IMG/VR virus record: IMGVR_UViG_3300033109_000048 | Span: 1 to 36,197 of that record | Length of the DNA: 36,197 nucleotides | From: a virus | Lineage: Duplodnaviria > Caudoviricetes | Direction: 5' to 3' (one strand) | Part shown: positions 16,966 through 25,228 of the stretch, piece by piece | Layout of the letters: each line of letters begins with the position of its first letter | Numbering within the stretch: the first letter of the stretch is position 1 | The notes under the pieces: generated by a model | The model's database searches: none | What the model was told of the DNA's origin: nothing | Seen by the model: the letters and a program-made list of their open reading frames with translations, nothing else | Position numbers and translations under genes: made by a program

Positions 16966-18799
16966 ATTTGAATAGCAGCCCAATGACAAGGTCGAACATC
17001 TCACGGTCTTTCTCAACCAGTTTCAGCAAGGCATCTGCCTTGCCACCCAGGACGCTCTCGAACGCCATGGTCATGACTTCGAGCGCGCCATGCTTGCCCA
17101 GATAGTTGCTCCCGGAATAGATGCGACCCTGGTAAACATGGATGTACTCATCCTTTCTGGTTACCTCGTTTCTAGCATAGCCATGCCCAGGCAACAAGTC
17201 CCTTAGGCGCTCCAGCTGGTCGCCTTCTGTCCTGCGGCCATGCAGCGTCTGAAACATGTCGTCCAGAGCTGGGATCGCGTGCTGTAGCCGGTGGGCATAT
17301 TCATGCACGGCGGTCGAGAACTTGCCGGCGCGGATGAACCCTTCCCCACCCTTTGCGACGCCGCTGAATCCATACCAGCCGCGGTATGGCCTTCCTGCCA
17401 GCGCGTGCGGGATATCCAGATACCCTCCTCGCGAGGTGGAGAACTTCGCATGCAATGCACCGTGGCGATCTGCCAATTTGGTCCAGTCGTCTGGGAACAT
17501 CTGCGAAGCCAGGCGGACCAGGTCAGCACCTTTCCCGTTGTTCTGGACGCGCGCGGGGGTCATGATGGGCCTAGCTTCCTTGAGTGATCGATGCAATGCC
17601 TCAAGGATCTCTGCACCGTTCTTCGGAACACTGCCCAGCAGTTGGTCTGATATCTCGCGACCGGCTGCGATGTAATCATCCAGACCCATCGCGGTGCTGC
17701 GGTGTGGCCTGTAGACCTTCTTGGCGGGCCGCGCTCCATCAGTGATGCGCTTCTGAACGGCAGACCATGGCGCTTTGATCATGCCCTGGGTGAGCAGACC
17801 GGACTTGAACGCCTCATGCTTGTTCTTCCCAAGCACACCGATCTGCTGCGCTGGTGTGAGCCTGGCCAGCGCCTGCATGGGCGTTTCCTTGCCGTCCTTG
17901 TCCAGGTTGGTCACTTCGTCCTTGAACACCACTTCCACATAGCTCAATGTGTTCGGGTGCGCAGGCCAAGGGCACTTATCGCGGCTTGGATATACCCCAG
18001 GGCCAAGACCGTAGAGGTTGGCCGATGCGTGCAGATCGCAGATGTCAGGCTTGGGATGGCCCGGAGAAAGCAGGAAGCGCACGCCGGCCGCGTCTGGATG
18101 TTCGAGCGCGCCCTTGATATAAGCCTCGCCGTGGGCGCGATTGATCTCGGTGCGGAACAGACGCAGGGCATTGTCCAGCGGAGATCCGGATCCAGTCATC
18201 AAACTGTCCGTGGTCTCCTTGGCGATTCTGGCAGCATTTGCAGCATCGATCTTGCCCTTGATCTCGATCGGCACCGGCTCTCCTCGCACCAGGAACTCGC
18301 GAGCCGCTTGGGCTGCACCCTGCCCCTGCACGACCGCCATCTCGATGGCGTTGACTACCGCGTCGCGAGCGTGCCGGTCCAGCCTCCAGATCCTGTCCGA
18401 GAGCTGCAGCCCATCTGCTCCAATAAAGGTGTGCACGAACCGCACCGCCTCGTTGTTTATCCTCATGGCTGCCATTTCGGACATGGACGCGGTATCTGTG
18501 AATGGATTGGTACCGAATTCGGCGGAGGAAATCAGACTGTCTCTCAGAAGCGCATCTCTGGCAGCGGAAAGTTCGGAGATCCTGCTCTCCACCTGCGCCA
18601 GGACGCTCTTCAGTTCAGCGATCGAGACATTCCCATCAGGACCGGAATACCGCGCGATCCTGGATGAGATGTCGGCAGCGGCCTGACGATACAACTTTTC
18701 AAGATCGGCCAGAGTCTCCGCATCCAGCTCATCCATGGCGCGCTGGGCGGTCTTCGTGGCGCGCTTGATGGCGGCCTGTATCGCGAGGCGATCAGCCAT
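16955..18799 (-). CDS. MuF-like head morphogenesis protein with C-terminal zincin-like extension
   Basis: Follows the portal; LSDRIW, RLFRTEINRAH, DICDLHA, PAHPNTLS (MuF core); C-terminal STAVHEYAHRLQH and ALEVMTMAFE. Confidence 0.82.
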   Translation of the reverse strand: MADRLAIQAAIKRATKTAQRAMDELDAETLADLEKLYRQAAADISSRIARYSGPDGNVSIAELKSVLAQVESRISELSAARDALLRDSLISSAEFGTNPFTDTASMSEMAAMRINNEAVRFVHTFIGADGLQLSDRIWRLDRHARDAVVNAIEMAVVQGQGAAQAAREFLVRGEPVPIEIKGKIDAANAARIAKETTDSLMTGSGSPLDNALRLFRTEINRAHGEAYIKGALEHPDAAGVRFLLSPGHPKPDICDLHASANLYGLGPGVYPSRDKCPWPAHPNTLSYVEVVFKDEVTNLDKDGKETPMQALARLTPAQQIGVLGKNKHEAFKSGLLTQGMIKAPWSAVQKRITDGARPAKKVYRPHRSTAMGLDDYIAAGREISDQLLGSVPKNGAEILEALHRSLKEARPIMTPARVQNNGKGADLVRLASQMFPDDWTKLADRHGALHAKFSTSRGGYLDIPHALAGRPYRGWYGFSGVAKGGEGFIRAGKFSTAVHEYAHRLQHAIPALDDMFQTLHGRRTEGDQLERLRDLLPGHGYARNEVTRKDEYIHVYQGRIYSGSNYLGKHGALEVMTMAFESVLGGKADALLKLVEKDREMFDLVIGLLFKYVP

Positions 18800-20174
18800 T
18801 GCTTATGCTGGTTCCGCTGTTCCCCTTGCGCGCATTGCCAGGCGTGATTTTCACCACCGGCGGCGGCTCCGCTCTCGTATCTTCCGGCGGGTACGGGTTG
18901 TACTTGGTGTCGTACTCCCACTGGCGGCGAGCAGCCACCGTCACCGGGTCGAAACCGATCTCCTCCCAGATAAGGCTTTCAGGCAATCCCAGAGCCTTCA
19001 ACTTCAAACCACGGTCGGTGGTCTGGGTCATGCTCTCGGTGCGGCGCTCGGCGAAGGTGACTTCGAACTCCTGGTCGTCCGGGTTGATTCCCTTGAGTAG
19101 CAGGTGCAGGCGGAAGCCCTGCTCGTATGCCCAGGACAGGGTGTCCTGCAGTGCGTCCACCTCCTCGTAGTAGGCAGATTTCAGGTCTTCCAGGATGTCG
19201 CGCGCCAGCCCGTCGGTGTATCCCATCATGCCCTTTGGCAGCGGGGAGCCGGCGAAGAAGGTGTCGAGCAGGTGCACGATGTCGGCGATCTGGTCCAGGT
19301 TGCTGTCGCCCTGCACTGCACTGACGCTGCCTTTCTTGTTCAGGTAGTAGTCGGTCGTCGCGCCTTCCGCCTGATCTTTCTCCACCTGTGCGCGATATTG
19401 ATCAACCTGATCCTGCGTCGCCCCCTCCAGCACGTGTGCCATGCGCAGAGGCGCGCGCATGCGGCGGCGGATGACCAGATCCTCATCGGTCATCTGCAGC
19501 TTGCGCCACACGGTGCGCGATGCGTCCAGGAACGGGCGGCCCATGCTTCCCATGTCGTCGAAGTTGTCCGGGTCGTAGCGGGCGAGCGTGAGTTTCCACA
19601 GCGGGAAGGCAGTGAGTTCCTTGCCGGTGATGATGTCGAACTGGCTGTAGGCCTTGGTCACGTCCTTGAAGCGGCCGTCATCGGCCACGTTCGGCAGGAT
19701 GGTCTCAGACGGCATGCGGATGGCAGCGGCGACGTTGTTTGTCTGGTCCAGCACCCACTGAAGTCCGAGATTCCCTTCCATCACCAGCCCGCGCGCGTCG
19801 GAACGCAACTTCTCCACACGGTTGAGCTGCAGGCGGCGCGAGTATTCCTTCCACTCGCTCAACATCTCCTCGCTCGGTCGCTCTTGGGTGAACAGCAGCC
19901 CGCCGCGGATGGTGTCGCGCGCCACGCGGCTGTGGATGCGCTTCACCCGCCCGTCCAGTTTGTCCATCTCGCGGATATCGAGGATGGACTGCCGCAGCTC
20001 GGGATCCACCCACATCATCCGGTAGGCGTACTTGAGCTGGTTCTCCGGCGTGGTGCGTCGGCCGCTCTCGCTGGTGCGCTCGCCTTGCGCGGCGACCTCG
20101 TTCGGCAGCACGCCGCCGCCCCACTTCACCGCGGCCGTCTTGGCCATGCCTTTCAGTCGATCAAGCATTCTCAT
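18792..20174 (-). CDS. Portal protein
   Basis: 460 aa between terminase and MuF; GLVMEGN, GRPFLD..R..W, AGSPLPKGMMG motifs. Confidence 0.85.
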   Translation of the reverse strand: MRMLDRLKGMAKTAAVKWGGGVLPNEVAAQGERTSESGRRTTPENQLKYAYRMMWVDPELRQSILDIREMDKLDGRVKRIHSRVARDTIRGGLLFTQERPSEEMLSEWKEYSRRLQLNRVEKLRSDARGLVMEGNLGLQWVLDQTNNVAAAIRMPSETILPNVADDGRFKDVTKAYSQFDIITGKELTAFPLWKLTLARYDPDNFDDMGSMGRPFLDASRTVWRKLQMTDEDLVIRRRMRAPLRMAHVLEGATQDQVDQYRAQVEKDQAEGATTDYYLNKKGSVSAVQGDSNLDQIADIVHLLDTFFAGSPLPKGMMGYTDGLARDILEDLKSAYYEEVDALQDTLSWAYEQGFRLHLLLKGINPDDQEFEVTFAERRTESMTQTTDRGLKLKALGLPESLIWEEIGFDPVTVAARRQWEYDTKYNPYPPEDTRAEPPPVVKITPGNARKGNSGTSISNG

Positions 20175-20451
20175 GGTGTTCCCCTTCGTTGAATATCACG
20201 ACATCACCCACGCTGCGCCAGCCGTCGATCAGCCCAGCCTTATGCAGCTCAGACACGAAATCCACAGCATCCTGCCCCAGCGCGTGCACCTTTGCCCTGC
20301 GCTCGACCACGGCCTCCTTCTCGCGCTGCGTCAGCTCGCGCAGCGGGCGCTTCGGCAGCGTCTTGTACTTGAAGCCAGGCACGAACACGCGGCCGCGCAG
20401 CGCCTCGATCTGCGCCGAGGTGAGCATGTCCAGATGCCCTGTACCGCTCAT
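20161..20451 (-). CDS. Hypothetical phage protein, 96 aa
   Basis: ATG 20451 overlaps the terminase stop (ATGA); ELHKAGLIDGWRSV; stop overlaps the portal start. Confidence 0.65.
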   Translation of the reverse strand: MSGTGHLDMLTSAQIEALRGRVFVPGFKYKTLPKRPLRELTQREKEAVVERRAKVHALGQDAVDFVSELHKAGLIDGWRSVGDVVIFNEGEHHENA

Positions 20452-22088
20452 GCCGCCAGCCTCACCGGCTGCCCCATCAGTTGCTCGCGCGTCTGCACGC
20501 GACTGCTGATCACCGTCTCGACAAAGCCGGATTCGCCGCGTGTCACCAGCGCCCATGTGCCGGCGCATGCGGCATCGAACAAGTCGTCGCCGATCTTCGG
20601 GTTGGCCATCTTGTAGCTGGAATAACTGACCTTGGTCGGTAGCGCCTTGATGTTGCCGAGCTGGCGCACGAAAGCCAGCCATTCAGGCGGTCCGGACAGT
20701 GCCTGCTCGGTCGTGCCGGGCATCCAGATGACGTTCGCCTTCTCCTGCGCCTCGATCACGTCGCGGTCGTCACTGAAATATGGGATTGCCGCCTGGCCGT
20801 TGTGGAAAGCGGCGCGCAGCGCGGTGGCCATGCTGTGTTTGGTCATGCCTTCGAAGCGGATGGGCGAAAACGGCCATTGCGCCCAGGTGGTGGCGGTGCT
20901 TTCCCCGTCACCGATGGTGCGGCGATCGATCTCTGTGAGGCCGTTGGCATACAGCCTGTCGTTCAGGCTGGTGAGCATGCCAACGCCGTAGGCATCACCC
21001 ATCGCATAGTCCGGTCGGAAGTATTGCCACAGGCCGAACAGATCCATCTCGACCACCTTGTCGTCGGTGGCCGCCGCCCAAGTCTTCACGAACGGGAAGG
21101 TAACGAAGTTGCCGATCTGCTCGCACACTACCAGCGCTGACTTGGATGCCGTCGGGTTTTCTCCGTGCCCTGAATGGTCATATCCGAAGCTGATCAGACC
21201 GCGCTTCTTGTAGCGCATGCCAGGCATAGGCTCGGCGATCTGCAGCCGCGCCTGCAGGCCGACCTGCATCGCCTTGCGGATGTACTTCTCCCAGATGTGG
21301 TTCTGCGCCGCGACGTTCTTGCACAGGAACTGGCGGATGAACTCGCCGTCCGGCAACTGGGCTCGCATCTCCAGCATGAAGGCCTCGTTCAGGATGCCCA
21401 TCTCCATGCCCAGGTACACGTTCACGATTGGCAGCAGATGGTACTGCTTCGAGTCGATGAGCTGCTGGATCACGTCCGCGCCCTTGAACACCCCCGTCAC
21501 GCGGATCTGCGGCTTGAACGACACCTCCTTGCTGGCCCCCATGCGCCGTGCGGAACCCAGCATGGGCAGGAAGCGGGACAACAGGCGGTCGGCCGGCATG
21601 TCGTCCACCTCTTCGATCGAGGCGTAGCTGATCGCATCGCCGTCGATCTGGGACATGATGCCGTAGGCGGAGGCCTTTGAAAGGTTGCGGAACTGGTACT
21701 TGGTGTCGGAAAGCTGCTCGCGGCCACCCTTGTACTCGATATAGGCCTTGAGGATGGGGGAGCGCCTGATCGCCTCCAGGTGGTAGTTCAGATTGTTCTG
21801 CGACTGCTGCAAGCGCGGGGCCACGATGCCAAGCTCCTGGGCCGGCGTGGTGGCGTTGTGCTTGAGCGCATGCATCTCCTTCACCGCCGTCTTGCCCGTC
21901 CGCCGGCACGACACGTCGATTGTGTTCGGGTGCTCGTCCATCTCGATGCACTTCAGGATCTGCATCGGGTCCAGCTCCACGTTGTGCACATGCTTGTGCC
22001 ACATGGCGTGGTCGTCCTTGTAGCGCAGGATCTCCTTCTCGGCGCGGTCGGAGAGGCGGATGCGGTCAGCGGAGGTGACGCGGCTCAT
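20448..22088 (-). CDS. terL: Terminase large subunit
   Basis: Q motif (LDPMQ), Walker A VSCRRTGKT, Walker B ASIEEVDD, RNase H-like nuclease acidic motifs GYDHSG, GDAYG, GDDLFDA; upstream of the portal. Confidence 0.9.
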   Translation of the reverse strand: MSRVTSADRIRLSDRAEKEILRYKDDHAMWHKHVHNVELDPMQILKCIEMDEHPNTIDVSCRRTGKTAVKEMHALKHNATTPAQELGIVAPRLQQSQNNLNYHLEAIRRSPILKAYIEYKGGREQLSDTKYQFRNLSKASAYGIMSQIDGDAISYASIEEVDDMPADRLLSRFLPMLGSARRMGASKEVSFKPQIRVTGVFKGADVIQQLIDSKQYHLLPIVNVYLGMEMGILNEAFMLEMRAQLPDGEFIRQFLCKNVAAQNHIWEKYIRKAMQVGLQARLQIAEPMPGMRYKKRGLISFGYDHSGHGENPTASKSALVVCEQIGNFVTFPFVKTWAAATDDKVVEMDLFGLWQYFRPDYAMGDAYGVGMLTSLNDRLYANGLTEIDRRTIGDGESTATTWAQWPFSPIRFEGMTKHSMATALRAAFHNGQAAIPYFSDDRDVIEAQEKANVIWMPGTTEQALSGPPEWLAFVRQLGNIKALPTKVSYSSYKMANPKIGDDLFDAACAGTWALVTRGESGFVETVISSRVQTREQLMGQPVRLAA

Positions 22089-22399
22089 GTGTTATACGGC
22101 CGCGCGGGCATGAATGACAGATCGAGGAAGCATTCCCCGAATTGAACGATGATCGTAAATACGAGCCGTCCGTGCAGATGCTCTACAGGATCTCCCACCT
22201 GCCGGATGGCGAAGTGCTCGCAAAATGCATCAACCACCGCCTGAGGATCGCCTGGATTTTCAACCCATGGAATGCATACCAAGTCAAAATCGCGCGACAT
22301 ACTGCCGTGGGCGGCAAGTGCATAACCGTGGCTCCTTGAAATATCAGCCAGCGCTGGGTACATGCAGGCATATACCGGGGCAAAGTTTGCAGGCTTCAC
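22085..22399 (-). CDS. Hypothetical phage protein with nucleotidyltransferase-like HGSxxRDxD motif
   Basis: 104 aa coupled on both sides; GYALAAHGSMSRDFDLVCIPW. Confidence 0.65.
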   Translation of the reverse strand: MKPANFAPVYACMYPALADISRSHGYALAAHGSMSRDFDLVCIPWVENPGDPQAVVDAFCEHFAIRQVGDPVEHLHGRLVFTIIVQFGECFLDLSFMPARPYNT

Positions 22400-23346
22400 G
22401 CCGCACCGCCCTGCTGATACTCGATCAGCTTCGTATCACTCTCAGTCTGCTTGTTTGCGCGCTGCACCTTCTCTGCCAGCGCCGACAGCAGTTCCATCTG
22501 CTTGGTACGGAATGCCGATGCCGCCTCCTGTTCCTCCTGGGCCTGCTCCAGGCGCCCGAGCTGGTCCTCCTCCGCCTCGATCACCTTCTGCGTCATACCC
22601 ATGTCGGCCAGTGTCAGACCGGTTCGGCTCAGCAGCTCACCCAAAGGCTTGAACAGCGGGTGCGCCATGATGTTCTCGCGCAGAATGTGGCGCTGGCCAT
22701 GCTCATCAGAGTACTCGGCGACCCGCACTTGGCCATCCTCGTCCTTATCCCACACCACCTGCTCGATCTTCACCCCGTCCGCCACGATGGTCTGCAGGAT
22801 CTGCCGCACCATGGCGAAGATGGACGCCTGCATATCGGCATAGATGCCCATCAGGTGCTTTGGATTGCGCTGTTCGAATGCAGCGTGGTGCAGCATGAAG
22901 ATCTCTGTCTGCTTCACGCAGGCCGGCTGCGTCTTGCAGTGGACGCGGTCCACTTCGCAACCGTTGCAGAATGAATAACCATCAGGCTTGGCCGGGAAAT
23001 AGGTAGCGGTACGAGCAGAAAGCCCGTGCTTCATAGCATTGAAACGGGTGCGCAACGCCTCCTCCGGCGTCGGATGCCCATCAAGATTGGCCGCGGAAAC
23101 CGCCTTTCCCTCCTCCGTTCGAGGGCCGGTCGCCTTCGAATAGGCCCGCAGCAGGTTCCGTTCCCAGTAAACCTGCTCGCACTCCGCCCCACAACTCGGG
23201 CAGGCCGCGAAATACAGGAACGGGTGATGATCCTGCTCAGGCGCAGGCTCTACCCTGCCAGGCTCAGCCTTGAACGACCGGCAGCAGGAAGCCTGCTTGC
23301 AGTGGAAAGTGATCTCGGAAAGCGGTTTGGAGCGGTCTTGTGCCAT
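22396..23346 (-). CDS. Putative terminase small subunit with Cys-rich zinc-binding motifs
   Basis: First gene of the packaging operon; TGPRTEEGKAVS..N and RFNAMKHGL motifs, CPSC and CNGC...C...C, HPLFKPL...LSRTGLT; likely start ATG 23346 because the track start TTG 23373 lies inside the promoter motif. Confidence 0.65.
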   Translation of the reverse strand: MAQDRSKPLSEITFHCKQASCCRSFKAEPGRVEPAPEQDHHPFLYFAACPSCGAECEQVYWERNLLRAYSKATGPRTEEGKAVSAANLDGHPTPEEALRTRFNAMKHGLSARTATYFPAKPDGYSFCNGCEVDRVHCKTQPACVKQTEIFMLHHAAFEQRNPKHLMGIYADMQASIFAMVRQILQTIVADGVKIEQVVWDKDEDGQVRVAEYSDEHGQRHILRENIMAHPLFKPLGELLSRTGLTLADMGMTQKVIEAEEDQLGRLEQAQEEQEAASAFRTKQMELLSALAEKVQRANKQTESDTKLIEYQQGGAA

Positions 23347-23353
23347 GCTGCGC

Positions 23354-23397
23354 AGTATCCACGCAGCCGGCAAGCCAAAAACAGGGGCAAAGATGGC
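23354..23397 (-). promoter_or_regulatory. Putative late promoter, copy 3, upstream of the terminase operon
   Basis: 27-mer at 23397-23371 with one mismatch to copies 1 and 2, 11 nt gap, GATACT at 23359-23354, 7 nt gap, ATG 23346. Confidence 0.75.
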
Positions 23398-23427
23398 GTC
23401 AGAGAGGGCTTACGCTACTTTCCTGAC

Positions 23428-23490
23428 GAACCGGTCGGGGAGCTGCAGCACGATGGATTTGGTTCTAGGTAAGAACCGGTCGGGGAGCCA
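23428..23490 (+). repeat. Tandem 16-bp direct repeat GAACCGGTCGGGGAGC containing a tRNA-Asn-like 3' end; putative attR
   Basis: Copies at 23428-23443 and 23473-23488; the second continues to GGTCGGGGAGCCA (23478-23490), matching my recollection of the betaproteobacterial tRNA-Asn(GTT) 3' end; sits at the phage/host boundary. Confidence 0.7.
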
Positions 23491-23506
23491 GAACATAATT
23501 GCACTT

Positions 23507-23532
23507 AGGTCACCTCTCGGGGTGGCCTTTTT
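23507..23532 (+). terminator. Intrinsic terminator, probably the displaced tRNA terminator
   Basis: AGGTCACC...GGTGGCCT-TTTT, 16 nt after the CCA. Confidence 0.8.
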
Positions 23533-23628
23533 GCATTCTGGGAGTCGGTATCGGAAAGTCCGCAGGTCGGCATAGCGGGAGGTGGGGAAAGTGGGGTTTA
23601 CGGCACGGAGTATCCGATGCGGTTGGAG

Positions 23629-23868
23629 CTACGCGCTGGCGCTGACTGTCTCGATCACCTTTGCCACATCACCTTGGCACTCAGAACACTTCCCCACCAG
23701 CAGCAAGTTCCCTGACCGGACGACACCGGAAAAGTTGGTGATCGTGACTGCATGGTGACAGCCACTGCACCAGACATTCGATAGCAGTGACTTCCTGTCA
23801 TGTTCAGGGATGGCGGCATACAGCTTGGCAGCCGGGTCTGTGAATTTCGGAATGGATTGGAGTGCCAT
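23629..23868 (-). CDS. Small zinc-ribbon hypothetical protein
   Basis: 79 aa with NVWCSGC and GKCSEC. Confidence 0.7.
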   Translation of the reverse strand: MALQSIPKFTDPAAKLYAAIPEHDRKSLLSNVWCSGCHHAVTITNFSGVVRSGNLLLVGKCSECQGDVAKVIETVSASA

Positions 23869-23965
23869 GATCGGTACGAAGTCGTTCTATGTTTTCGGTG
23901 GAATGTAGCAGCAAGGTGTCTCTGAATCCATATGCCGAAATATATAGGCCAATACCCCTGACGAG

Positions 23966-25153
23966 CTAGCCCCCTACCTGGATATCTGCATCACGAAGAA
24001 TCCCTCCCGAACTTCTTGCCACGGCTTCATCATCGACGTATTTGGCCGATATTTCGATAAGGTCCGGCAGGCGTCGCTTGAGCGCCGCAACGCAATCCTG
24101 ATCGAGTTTCCCTCTCTGGACCATGAGTTCCAGCTCAGCTATCGCAGCTTCGGCACCCCAAGCTCTTTTATAAGGCCGCACACTGGTAAGCGCATCGTAG
24201 ATATCCGCCACTGAAATTATCCTGGCCTCGATAGGGATGGCATCCCCCTTCAGTCCACGCGGATAGCCGGAGCCATCCACGAACTCGTGGTGACACCCGA
24301 TGATGTTCGTCAATATCCTGGAGTCCGGCAACTGCTCAAGGCCAAAATCGCCAAGGATCTTCGCAACCAGCTCCAGGCCTTTTCCCACATGGCCCTTCAT
24401 GATTGCGCGCTCGGCATCCGTGAGCTTTCCGGGCTTCATGAGTATCTGGTCCGGGATACCGATCTTCCCCACATCATGCAAGGGTGCGAACAGGTACACA
24501 TGCTCGACGAACTCATCGCTGAAGTGATAACTTTTAGCCAATTCCAGTGCGATGATGCGAGCGAACCGCGCCATTCTTTCCAGGTGGGCACCTGTTTCAA
24601 AGTCGCGCAGATTCGAGATCTCGCGCGCGACCTTGGCCGAGGCCACGATGGATCGTATCGCCGCGATCTCTTCCGAAATGATCATGTTGATCAGGTTCGA
24701 ATACATCAGGAGATCGCGTTGTGCTTTCGTGGTGAACGCCGATTCCTTCGAGCTATCGAAGAATATTATTCCGAGGAACTTTCCATTGTCGTAGAGCGGA
24801 ACGGTGAACGAAGAGCGATAGCCTTGCTTCAACAGCCATTCCGAATGCTTTGAGGTTGGAGATATGGTGCCGGGGATATCATCCACGACACGATACATCC
24901 CCTCTTTAGCCAAGCGGTTCAGCGAAGGACTATCTGACAGCCTGTATTCATATTGTGCGATCGCCTCGCCTTTACGCGTGCTATTGATGAACGTCTTGAG
25001 CAGATCCTGCTTATCGTCATACATCGCGACCGCGATACGATCAAGACAGTCAAAATTCTCCAATATGCGAATGTGCAACTTGCTCAATTTCTGATTGAGC
25101 GTGCTGGCCGTATTGGCTGCACTTTCCAATGGATAAGTATTTTGTTTGTTCAT
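23966..25153 (-). CDS. GAF + HD-GYP phosphodiesterase
   Basis: GYRSSFTVPL...LGIIFFDS (GAF); RDFETGAH, LHDVGKIG, HHEFVDGSGYP, ADIYDALTS.RPYK. Confidence 0.92.
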   Translation of the reverse strand: MNKQNTYPLESAANTASTLNQKLSKLHIRILENFDCLDRIAVAMYDDKQDLLKTFINSTRKGEAIAQYEYRLSDSPSLNRLAKEGMYRVVDDIPGTISPTSKHSEWLLKQGYRSSFTVPLYDNGKFLGIIFFDSSKESAFTTKAQRDLLMYSNLINMIISEEIAAIRSIVASAKVAREISNLRDFETGAHLERMARFARIIALELAKSYHFSDEFVEHVYLFAPLHDVGKIGIPDQILMKPGKLTDAERAIMKGHVGKGLELVAKILGDFGLEQLPDSRILTNIIGCHHEFVDGSGYPRGLKGDAIPIEARIISVADIYDALTSVRPYKRAWGAEAAIAELELMVQRGKLDQDCVAALKRRLPDLIEISAKYVDDEAVARSSGGILRDADIQVGG

Positions 25154-25228
25154 ATAGTCAACCCCTTGCTGACCAATGTCAGTCGTATCGAGTAGTAACC
25201 GTCTCGTCAGGCGTTCTGTGCCTGCCTG

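Larger units (their letters stand above)
1..23490 (-). mobile_element. Prophage late (packaging, head, lysis, tail) module of a siphovirus-like temperate phage; continues beyond the left edge
   Basis: Contiguous, mostly translationally coupled minus-strand genes for terminase, portal, MuF, protease-capsid, lysozyme, tail tube, tape measure and tail tip; no sheath gene; tRNA-3'-end-like sequence at 23478-23490 separates it from signalling genes. Confidence 0.95.

Noticed and set aside
13814-18799. Transposable Mu-like phage, suggested by the Mu-type protease and MuF
   Set aside because: No transposase is visible, Mu-like phages carry early genes upstream of the terminase, and the boundary looks like site-specific tRNA integration
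22377-22386. GGGGCAAAG as a fourth late-promoter copy
   Set aside because: Only 9 of 27 bases match and it lies within coding sequence
23428-23488. Possible mini-CRISPR array (repeat, 29-nt spacer, repeat)
   Set aside because: Only two 16-bp repeats, no cas genes or leader, and better explained as a tRNA-3'-end att sequence
1-23490. Gene transfer agent or tailocin interpretation, since no replication genes precede the terminase
   Set aside because: Full head and packaging genes, a moron, a MuF effector-like fusion and an att-like boundary favour an integrated prophage whose early genes lie left of the window; not fully excluded
23543-23568. AGTCGGTA...TCCGCAGGTC resembling fragments of tRNA-Asn
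   Set aside because: Matches are 8-10 nt with wrong spacing and no cloverleaf; could be chance; no tRNA gene called
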